From Leucoraja ocellata (taxonomy: Eukaryota): DNA of 64,000 bases. The stretch covers positions 1 through 64,000 of the forward strand of contig JAWMAR010000430.1 in assembly GCA_036785375.1 (NCBI GenBank), given 5' to 3'. Below, piece by piece: positions 24,301-36,300 of the stretch. The position numbers and the translations under genes are program-made. Numbering within the stretch: position 1 is the stretch's first letter; every line of letters starts with the position of its first letter. The notes below the pieces were generated by a model that worked only from the letters and a program-made list of their open reading frames with translations, did no database searches and was not told the origin of the DNA.

Positions 24301-27300
24301 AGTAATTCTGTGATCAATTTAGCAAAGCAGCTGCAGAGCGAAGCACATCTGATCAACTGGATCAGGACTTGAAGGATCTGATGGCTTGTATATCTCACCG
24401 GGAACCACTTCTCGTTGTGTTTAGAGGAGATGAGTTCAGTCCGAGAGTGTAGTTGTCTGCTGATCGCTTTGCGTTAAGTGTCGAAGGTTGCGGGTAATTG
24501 CATTATGGTATTTGTGTTCCGGCTGTCTAATCTTCTGTTGTCTTTCAGAAGTCTCGAGATTTCTACACCCCCGTGTACTCCTAAACCAGGTCGCCGGTGA
24601 GTTCCCAATAAATCTGGGTTTTGCTAAGAATGGGCAATGTAAAGATGTGTTTGTGAACGTGGATCTACAAATATAATGTCTGCAGCTGTAGAGAAATGGT
24701 GAATCTAGCTAGCCCCTCTTCAGATATTTACTTTTCTCGCATTCTCCTTTCAACTGGTTTGAATACTGTTGAGGACAAGGGCTTGGTCACAGTCTATAAG
24801 CTGCACAAAGCAAAGATACAGAACTGGTGGGTACTGGCCTTTTTGTAATACTAGGTAACTAATGTGTCATTATTGATGCAGATATAGTAATGGTAGTTGC
24901 TGATCTGTCACTGCATACGCTGTGCTGGTGAATAACTATTCTAGTGCAAATCTGGCACCATAACAGTGAGTTACTATTGTACTGGGTACCAGGGTTTCAC
25001 TGAGAAGCAATACCGTTGGACATTAGTCTATGAATATATCACCAAAATACAGCACTGGTACGTACTGATCTGTCACTGCATAACATTGAGGTACAGATGG
25101 CTACAACAATGAAACGGTGAAACAACAACTTAATTCCCACCAGCACTCTAGGGATTAGTTCCAAAGAAAGAACATAATCCTCATTTGCACAATGTGCATT
25201 GTTTTAATTAGGATTTCTCCTGTGATATTGCTACCAGTATTGTAAATTGGTAGCCAATCAATTTCCCAAGTTCTTTCTGTCAAGTTGCAGAAACAATCAA
25301 TGGGTGGGGTATTTGATCTCTCTCTGCTGACACTGCAAGTATTTTGGGCCAAATGGTTTCTCCTGTACATCATAAAATGAATTGGAAGCCATTCTGCCCA
25401 ATATGCTTGTGGTGGTTCTTTTGAATTAGTCCCATTTGTTTATTCTCCTGGCCCTGCGATCTTCTGGGCAATCTCAGTGAAGATGTGGATTCTGGGGATG
25501 AGATGGTGGGACTGGTGCGGGGGGCCTATGTACTGTTATTGTATTCTCTGGTCCTCAACTTGCAGTAATATTTATGATCTTGTTTCCTAGAGGGGATGGG
25601 CATGGGTATGGAGCATGGACCGAGGCTGGTTCTCAGACTCACTCCCTGAGCCAGACGGAGGACGATCAAATGCACTTGTCGGATGTGGAGCAGGACCCAG
25701 CCAATTGGCAGCAGCTGGTCAGCCGGGATGTCCTGTCTGGCTTGAAACCGCACGAGATCAAGAGGCAGGAAGTTATTAACGGTAAGGCAAGAGTTAGTGA
25801 CGGATTGGGATCATTAAGGATAGGGAGGACCGTCTGGTTTGGGGACAAGCAGTATTGGTAGGGCTTTTGGAGAGCGAGACAATGCCAGGGATTGGTGGGA
25901 TGTGTATGGAAGTGGATTCAGTGGAATGTTAGATGCATTTGAGATTGCTAAATGACAGGAAATTCATGGAACAATATGAAGTGTCTGGAGGATCCCAGGG
26001 AAAATGGGGAATATCTTGAGGATCCTGGGAAGAATGAAAAGTTCTGAGCAATCTCAGTGAGGATGTGAACTGGGGGATGAGGTGGTGGGACTGCTGTTGA
26101 GATGTCAGCAAATCTAGGGGCCTATTAAGGTCAGCCACACATGGAGACAATGCAGAGGATTATGGCCTTCGCACCAGGAGGCATCACGACTATTGACTTT
26201 TGGCAAGTGATTTGTTCATTTTTAGTTCAGATTTGGCAAACCATATGTGGGAGTTTACCATGAGCACTGACTCTAATCTGCAGTGTTTCTCATTAGTTAT
26301 AGATTTGTGTGTCTTGTTCTCTGATTATCTTGTGCAGAACTTTTCCACACGGAGCGTGCTCACATCCGAATGCTGAAGGTTCTAGATGTGATCTTTTACC
26401 AGAAGATGAGAGATAGCAGCATACCCATAACTGATGTGAAAAACATATTCTCCAACCTCGATGAAATCCTGCAGCTTCATGGTAAATGTTGACAAAGCTG
26501 TGAATGTCGGGGGGGATTGCTGGTACAGATGGCTCTGATATTTAACTTACCAGATGACTATTCAAAGCTCTGGACTATTAAGATGGGCTTTTCCAACAAG
26601 ACAGTTATAATCACGCGAATATGAAATAAAAAAGCCAAACTTAATAATAATGTTCTGAAGCTTCCAGATTTAATAATGTCTTCCACAGTTGGAAATCTGC
26701 CATTGTTATCTAGTTTGGTCAAATGCATCTCCAGAGCCATCCTTTTAAATGTCCTCTAAATTGCTCCAGCGTGTCTCTCACATCACAGGACAATTAAAGG
26801 TTGAAGTGAATGTTGACCAGGCCAACATTGTTCAGGTTCTCTCAACAACTGTTGTAGTTATTGGCAATGAAAACATTTTTGGGTTTCAGTAAGAGCCTAG
26901 TCTAATCTGTGTGAGGCCCTGCAGCTACAAGCGGTTGGGCAGGAGCCCAAATATTATGAGAGTGCACAGTAGTAACTAAGACAAAGAAACGCATCTCTGG
27001 GCAATGGAAAGCATTATTGCTGATGATAGTCAAAGATAAGGATGTGAACTTTGCAGTGAATAATGGAAAATCTAGAATTGATCTCCTTATCGCAGAGAAG
27101 ATTAATGTGACATTTTCCTTGAAACGGCCTAAACAGGTTTATTAAACTAAGGAGAAGCTCAAGAGATGGAAAGTCAATAATCAGTGGAGACGGATTTATG
27201 GCAATTTCCCCAAAATATGAGGACAAGAGGATAATTTATTTTATACAGAGCATTTATGATCTGAAATGCACTGCCTGAAATGCTGGTGGAGACTGATTTA

Positions 27301-30300
27301 ATAATACCTTTTAAAAGAAGAACTGAAAAAAAATTATATTTGAAAAGGAAATAGCCAGGAAGAATGAAACTAGGTAGCTCTTGCAAAGAGCATGATTACA
27401 TTGGGACAATGGTCTGAATGGAATCCCCTCTGTTGGACTGCATTATGATTCCACGATTTACAGCCCTGGAGCTATTTAATATGGAGTGATAATGAAATAA
27501 ATGATTCTAAAGTCAGATTTTCTTTTTATTTCCAGTTTCATTAAATGAGCAGATGAGGAAAGTCTGGAAAAGAAATGATAACTTTGTGGTTGATCAGATC
27601 GGCGAGGACTTGTTGAGCTGGGTGAGTGTCCATGAATAAATTGTATATGAACAGTGATGAATAGAACTTTCCCCTGTGCAAAGGCTGATAGTATGGGCAA
27701 ACATCCTGCAGCATTACTCCTGGAAATTAATGCACATTCATTAAAATTAGATTTATTGAGGTAATTGGGATTAAAAAGACCTTCCTGTGACAAGATATTA
27801 AGAACATGGGTTTCAAGGGAGACACAGTAGAGCAGCTGGTACAGCTTAAATCAGAACTGTAATGAAACACACTCCCATAGACAAGCACAGAGGTACCATC
27901 CAGAGCAAAGTATTTAGATAATTTTGCTGTTGAACCTGGCATCCACTCAACAGATTCAATGTAGCTTCAGCAGCTACAATCGACAGGATGCCAAATATTA
28001 CAGCATCCTGCCATGGACATTGATTCCTTTTCCTACATTATTGTGCACCAAGATCTCCGACTCTGAATGCACCGCAGTGGTGTGTGAAAGACTAGGGCTG
28101 AAGCACATGATGATCACTCGGTGCCTTCCTTGTCATTTCCATCAAGTTCCTAGGTATAAATGTCACCAACAATTTGTCCTGGTCCAACTACATTGAAGTT
28201 ACAACCAAGAAAGCAAAGCAGCCCCTCTTCCATCTCAGACGACTAAGAAAGTTTGGCATCTTGCCAACTTCTACAGATGCCCCGTAGAAAGTATCCTATT
28301 GGGATGCGTCACAGCTTGATTTGGTGACGGCTCTGACCAAGACCCCAAGATGTAGAGAATTAGATGTAACCCAGTCCATCACTATTGAAGGGTCCTCTCA
28401 AAAGATAAGTGTAGTCTAAATCTCACAACCTACCTCATTGTGGTGATCACACAATCTTTTTTGTCTGTACTTTGTAGCTGTCTTGCTATGATGCTGTAGC
28501 ACTCTAACCTTCACTCTGGTGTGTTTCTCTTTACACTACCTCTTATATTTGTGTATGACTTGATTGTACGCGTGTAGTATGATTTGACTGTACAGCATAG
28601 AAACAGGTTTTCATGGTATCTCTTGACAATAATGCATTAATACCAACACCAGAATTCCAATGAAATTGATGTGATGATACTTCTATCTTATGGAAAATTT
28701 ATTTTTGTACTCTTTGAAGCTCTTGTACAGTATGGCATTGATCAGAATTCTCTCTCCTGTCCAGTGACTAGACGTAGTGTGTGTTCCTTGCACGTCCTCC
28801 TGTCTGAGTAATTCTTATTTAATTTCTCAGTTCAGCGGTTCTGAAGAGGATAGGTTTAAACGGGCTGCAGCCACTTTCTGCAGCAATCAACCCTTCGCTT
28901 TGGAACTAATCAAGTCAAAGCAGAAGAAAGAGTCAAAATTCCAGGCAATCATTCAGGTGAGATAACTCTCCCAAATCTTGAATTGCCTCCAAGCTATTGC
29001 ATGCTTTAAACTTGTACATGAATAACCAAGAAAGTTGTTAATGAGTTACATCGTGGGAGTGCTAATGTGCATAAAATGCACCTAACCCACATGGTTCCTG
29101 CCCTTGAAAGTAAAGTATCCTTCAAATGCACATAGAGCAGGAATCATCATCTGGGTTAGGTGAATTTTAAAGGAAGTTTCTAACATCTTGGAGCATACTT
29201 GGGTGCAACAAGTGGCATCAGCACATTAGATTCATCTTGATTCTCAATTCCCAGCAGATACTTCCACCGGTCCATTTACCGTCTCCATATCTTGCTACAT
29301 TCCGGTAACTCTTCTCTCTTGTATTGTTATCTCCTCCCCTTTCATTCTTTATCCCTTCACATAGATAAATGGAAAATTTATAGAAGCCAGCGCATTTACC
29401 ACCACTACTTTGAGATGAAAAAGGAAACTGGATATCTGCTCTATATCCACAGTGAGACCACACAGCACCCAAGATCACAATCAACCCCAGCCTCTGGAGC
29501 TATGAGGCAGCATCACTAGCTGCAATGCCACTAAGTACACTATGGGTTAGCAGCAGCATACAGCTTGCTTTATGCTGTCCCATCGTCTTCCCCCCCCTCT
29601 CTTCATTTCACCTGTTTTCTCCACATCTCTTATTGCCCTATGTCCTACAGGCATTCCATTGGGGGTGAGAGGTGTTATCATGGCGCATGGTTGCTGAAGC
29701 TCCTTGCAAATGCTTCTGGACAGAAAGTCTGATCTGTACAAGAGCATAAACTGCACAGTGAATGTGCACAGACAGATGGGGAGATCTATTCTGGGTATTA
29801 TTTATGCTCATGAATGTAATTTTCAAGCAATATGAAGCAATTCCAAATGTAGATGGAATTGGAGACTAGTGCAGAAGGCATTGGTGATGTTTCACATGGT
29901 TGGAGAAGCAGATGTGCTGCATTAAGTGGATTATCTTAGTTACAAGGTGATATTTTGCAGGAGGCACAGAGTAATCCACAATGCCGGAGGTTGCAACTTA
30001 AAGACATCATCCCAACTGAAATGCAGCGCCTGACCAAATACCCACTACTCCTGGAGAACATCGCTAAAAATACAGGTATGTCCAGTCTAGAGTCAGCTGC
30101 ATAGAGAACCCAAGGGATAATTAAAATAGAACCGCCAGGTTACACATGTGAACACAGGAGATGGCAGTGGGAGGACTCTGGACGATAGCTATGTAATTGT
30201 GTTTCATCACGTTCCTCGTGCTTCGCAGTGTATATGCTGTGAGCATTAGAGGATGACATATATGGGAAGCACTACTAATGGGCGCTTGCCTGTACGAAGT

Positions 30301-33300
30301 ATTATACATTCTCCCTGTGATCACGTGGGTTTTCTCCAAGATCTTCGGTATCCTCCCCAATTCCAAAGACGTACCGGTTAGTAAGTTTATTGGCTTGGTA
30401 TAAGTGTAAATTGTCCCTAGTGTGTGTAGGCTAAGGTTAATGTGCGAGCATCGCTGGTCGGTGCGGACTCGATGGGCTGAAGGGTCTGTTTCCGCGCTGT
30501 ATCTCTAAACTAAAGAAGCTCTTCTAGTTCTGCTGTGTTTGATAAAAGATCCTCCAATAATTGCACATAAATAAACCATAATGCCAAAAACAGGCTTAAT
30601 ATTTCATTTTACAAGTGCTTTCATGAAGTTTGCACGGTTTTCTCTGGAGAGAGATAAAACAAATTTATTTAAAGTGACAATTGGTCTTGTTCTTAGATCC
30701 AGAACAGCACGATGAGAAGAAAAAGGTAAAACAGGCAGCGGAATGCTGCCGTCAGATCCTGAACTTTGTGAACCAGGCTGTAAAGGAAGCTGAAAATAAG
30801 CAGGTGAGTGTTTGAGGTGAGGACTCTATGCATGAACCCCTACCATGCCACACAGATACGTTGGTTTGAGTGGGGAAGACTCGGCATTGATCCTTGCCTT
30901 TAAAACATGGTAGATTTTGTGTTTGAACGTTTGCACAGTATGTACATCCCTTTCTTTACTCGTGTACAATATATATGAAAAGTTCTCGATATCAATCCCA
31001 TATATTATTTAAAGTATATTTTTTGGTTGCAAATGGATTTTATGAAAGGCACAAATAGTGCACTGATGTCGGATGAGTCCAGCTGCTTCTTCCCTATTCA
31101 TTGCCACTATTTGCTATGACTTTGCATCAGTATCAGCCCATGGTTTTCATTGACTGGCATCAACATTCACTCAGACAGGTTAAGGGATTGGAAAGAAAAA
31201 TAACCAAGGCTTGTTATGTCCAAGACAGTGAACAGTATTTCCTCATACAAAAATCAAATTTTTTTTTTGAAGCTAGTTTGCCTCCGTTAATTTATTTCAA
31301 ATCACATTCTCTACCTTTTGACCTCCACCTGTTTTATGACTGGATTATTTGGACATGCCTGAAACAGTCTGCGTTGAGAGCGGGGTAACTGAGTTAGACA
31401 ATTGGTTCCAGAACCAAAGGGAAATGGTGCGATAATATGAGCTTCATAAAGCTTCACGCTTATCAACGAGCCAAAGGCTATCATTGAAACATCAAGGGTA
31501 AGAGTTGGGGACATCAGCTAGTCAAGATGCTTTCTGTTCTGTGATTTGCCCAGTATTTTCTTGTGAAAGTTAATGGGTTCTTTCCTTATGTCAGCGGTTG
31601 GAAGATTATCAGCGCCGCCTGGACCTGTCTGGCCTGAAGCAGTCAGATTATCCACTGATTGAGGAGTTCCGGGTGAGTTATTTAATGGGAAAAATATGAA
31701 AAGACCGGCATTATTAAAGTTCAGATGAGAAATGATTAATAAAACATTGCAGAGACCCATTTTTGCATTTAGCACAATTTGTTTTTTCTGTATCTCCCAA
31801 TTTAAGAGTCTGGACCTTACAAAACGGATCATGATTCATGAAGGGCCCCTGACTTGGCGGGTGAATAAAGATAAGACAATCGGTGAGTAAAGAGCTCCCT
31901 CAGAACATGGTGGCAAGTGCAGTTTTTGAAGATTGAAATCTTGAAATATAGGCAGGAACCTCTCATCCGTATACTGCTGGAAGTTTGTATTGGACATTGT
32001 TTCCTGATCACTACACCCCAGACACCAGAATATATTTTGGAAAGTATTCAGATGTCAAGTGAAAAATGATTCTTATTACCTTTATTGCTGCCATGTTGCA
32101 AAGTAGAATACTGCATTATTTCTGTCAGACAAATATCTCTTTGGGATGTTTGTGGTTTCAGGTATTTATGAATGTTCCTGCTCCATCAATTGGTAGTGGA
32201 AGTTTCTGACTTAGATGCTTACTATACAGGATTATGTTTAGAGTATTTACGTTGCTGGATCTTATCTCTGTATTTACGTGTTTTCATTATCTTGGGTAGT
32301 TCAGTGCAGGGTTCCATCTGTCCAGTATTTACAGAAAAGGAGTCGTGTCTCTGTTATAATGTATAGGGTTCTTGTTTCGGAGAAGGGTGGTTACAGCTCA
32401 GGATCTTGTATGTTGGGTACATACTTATCAGTTCTAGTTCTTGTATTTTTAAATGGAATTTAGTGTTTGGATTATTCTTTTATGAATTTCAGTCCTTTGG
32501 ATATTTGTAATGGGTGAGTCTTTCTTGTGTATCAGCCAATAGGATTACTTATTCTCTCAAGTGTTGATGCAGCAGTTTGTATCTCAGCTATTTATAAATG
32601 TGATTATTGCCTGCGATTCATGGTATTGGTTCTTATTTTTGCAGTAGTACAAATATCTGACAACTGGATGCTCTCTACAGTGCAGGGAATCCTGGCTGTC
32701 TAGTACTAGTGATATTGGTTTTTTATTTTCTTGTATTTGGTCATTGATGTTGTAGGAGTTGGAGCTTTAACCACATACCCATAGAGTGCACCTACACCTT
32801 ATTGCAGTTTGGGTCATGGGAATTCACATTGCACTTCCAGAACTTGTGTTGAGGAAGAAAAATACTGTAACTAAACACAAAATGCAAAGTAAGCAACAAA
32901 TGTTGGAAAATCACTATGCAAACATATTTGCAGACACAAAATGCTGGAGTAAGTCAGCGAGACAGGCAGCATCTCTGAAGAGATGGAATGGGGTGACGTT
33001 TCGGGTTGAGGCTCTTCTTTGACTCGACCCAAAACATCACCTATTCCCTCTCACTTGAGATGCTGCCTCTCCCGCTGAGTTACTCCAGCATTTTGTGTCT
33101 ATCTTTGGTGTAAACCAGCATCTGCAGTTCCTTCCTATACAACCTCTCCACATTACAGAAGTGTATTTTTTAATGATTTTTTATGAAAATGGTAAGTGGA
33201 TCAATGTGAACGGATAAACAGCCATAGTTTGTCAGATGCTGTGTTCAGTGCTCACTGGAGCTATAAGTAGTTAGGAAAATGTTGGCAGGGCTTACACCAC

Positions 33301-36300
33301 GCTCTGTTCAGAGTTCATCTTTAAGATGTGATCCTGGACATTTTACAAAGCTCTTGGCCTGGATCCTGGACATTTTACAAAGCTCTTGAATCACTCTACT
33401 GACCATAGCATCAGAAAGAAACTGATTTTTCCACAAACATTCCCTTGGTATTGGTTTGTGAATTGTATTTCATGGTTTGCAATGTCATTAAACAGTGGTC
33501 CTAGACACTGTCCATTTTCCAAGGTGAACTTGGACGTTGAACTAGATTTACCAGTTTGCCTTTAAATGCTGGGAAGCTGTTTCAGCATGGAATCTAACCT
33601 TTACTCTTACCTAGAAACACATGGAAATTAGCTTCCTGAGAATCTTTGCATTTTCCTATAATTTTATAATTCACACAAAGCAGTCCAGTAGTCCTCAATG
33701 TGCATTACTTTATGGATACTTACTCTACCTGCCCTTTCTTATCTACATAGATCTCTACACACTTCTGTTGGAAGACATCTTGGTTCTATCTCAGAAGCAG
33801 GATGAACGGTTGGTGTTGAAGTGTCACAGTAAGAATCTTGCTGCCAATGCTGATACCAAACACACCTTCAGCCCCATCATCAAACTCTCTGCTGTGCTTG
33901 TGCGAGAAGTTGCAACAGGTTAGTTGCTTCCAGAATAGCAATCAGCTGGTACTGGGTGGAAAGAAATTTAAAAATTACAAGTCAAGGATGAGGAGATGAA
34001 AAGGGTAGCCAGAAGCAATGCATCTGAGAGTGCAGTATCTTTGTGGATGTTAGTCATTCAGCACTGCCCGAGTGGTGTGATATCTTGGCTGCATGCTGTC
34101 ATCCAGATGTGACCATGGAACGCCTATTCTCAGTCTGATTGTGAGACTACACTGGTATTCTTGTAAGTGTTGAAGATTAAAGGCTAATCTGGTTATGGGG
34201 TTTACGGTTAAAAGATTTGATCTGGTAAACAGAAATTGTTTCCTTTTTTGGGTTGTGGGGAGCAACTCACAGCAGTAGTTGTTGCCCACAACAAGGGACA
34301 ACCAGATCTGCTCTGCTGATGTGAGCAACCACTTGATACAAATGCTAATAGAAATCTAGATTTCTATCCCTTGAACAACTACTAGGCCTGGGGGTTTGAA
34401 ATTGCCAGAAAGTTGGTTAACTGCTGGTATATAAGATAATGGAGGCGGGTAGATAGATCTAATTTGCATATGGATCAGCCTTGATAAATTGAATGCTGAG
34501 CAGGCATAAGCAGCTGAAAGTGTTAGGGCATAGGAGTGTACGGTTCAGATTTTTGCTACTAGGAAATAGATATAGTGAAGGTAGACAAAAGTGCTGGAGA
34601 AACTCGGCGGGTGCAGCAGCATCTATGGAGCGAAAGAAATGGGCAACGTTTCGAGCTGAAACCCATAGTGAACTGTGGAATGTTTAGAACTCCAGTTTGT
34701 TCACTAATGATCAAGTTTTGCCATTTTCAGATAACAAAGCTTTTTTCGTCATCTCAATGTCAGCTGATGGTGCACAGATCTACGAGCTGGTGGCCCAGAC
34801 AGTGTCTGAACGGAAAACGTAGGTCCATGTAATAAAGTTGGAAACCTGAGATTGTGGGATTAAATTTTATTTTTTAGTAACAGATTTGATGACCGGGCAA
34901 ATAGGGAGGAATTTGCAATGAAAGTGCAGAATCTGGATTTGTAGGGCGTATCCATAATTGTATACATATCTCAATAACAGTAACTTCAGGATTCATATGG
35001 TCATGTGATAGGAGCAGAATCAGGCCATTTGGCCCATCAAGTCTGCCGCCATTCAAGCATGGCTGATTATCTCTCCCTCCTATCCCCATTCTCCTGCTTT
35101 CTCCCCATAACCTCTGACACCCATACTAATCTAGAATCAATCTATCTCTTCCTTAAAAAATATTCAATACCTTGGCCTCCACAGCCATCTGTGGTAAAGA
35201 ATTCCACAGATTCACCACCCCTGACTAAAAACATTCCTGATCTGCTTTAAGGAACGTCCTTTAATTCTGAGGCTATGACCTCTGGTCCTAGACTCTGCTA
35301 CTAGTGGAAACATCTTCACAGATTTCACTATTCAGTAAGTCTCGATGAGGTTTCCCATCATCCTTCTAAATTCATGCGAGTACAGGTCCAGTCATATAAT
35401 TGACATCGCTGGGCCTGTACTCGCATGAATTGATTCGAACTCGGAGATTTACGTTAATGGCCACTCGTCTTCCCGAGCTTACCTGCCATTAACGAGTCTT
35501 CCCGAGTACCTACCGTTAGCGCTATGAGCCGCTAAGAGATGTTCCCAAGCTCCGACGTACCCGCTACGTTCATTCTCCGTGCTTACCACGAGTTTGATTT
35601 TTTTTTAAACTCGGGAGAGCTCTTGGAATGAACTCGTACCATGGGACAGGGCTTTAACTTTTAAATGAGTAGACAGTATGTTTTGAGAGTAGACAAAAAT
35701 GCCGGAGAAGCTCAGCGGGTGAGGCAGCATCTATGGAGCGAAGGAAATGGGCGACCTTTCAGGTTGAGACCCTTCTTCAGACTGATGTCGGGGTGGGGGG
35801 GGGGGGGGGGGGGGGGCGGGAAGAAGAAAGGAAGAGGTGGAGACAAAGTGGGCTGTGGGAGAGCTGGGGAGGGGAAAGGAGAAAGCAGGGACAATCTAAC
35901 ATTGGAAAAGTCAATGTTCATGCCACTGGGGTGTAATCTACCCAAGCGAACTATGAGGTGCTGCTCCTCCAATTTACGGTGGGCCTCACTCTGGCAATGG
36001 AGGAGGCCCAGGACAGAAAGGTCGGATTCAGAATGGGAGGGGGAGTTGGTGTGCTTTTGCAGTCTCTTGACCGGTTTTGCTAAAATCTAAACTTAATGCT
36101 GTCCACAAATTATATTTGAATTGATGCATTACAAGTTGAAACTATTTTAAGAGGTATTTAGACAGACACCTGAATAGACAGGGAATTGATGAATATAGAC
36201 CACATACATGCATATGTGTAGTTTGTTACAAATGACAGGCATAAACATTGTTAGCTGTTGTGTTTAAGAAGGAACTGCAGATGCTGGAAAATCGAAGGTA

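Noticed and set aside
32150-32770. T/G-skewed intronic stretch as a structured ncRNA
   Set aside because: It looks like an eroded low-complexity or minisatellite tract (recurrent gtatttac / cagtgcaggg words); no convincing stems.
33330-33388. 27-bp direct repeat gatcctggacattttacaaagctcttg, twice
   Set aside because: Simple local tandem duplication with two units only; the same applies to 11495-11558.
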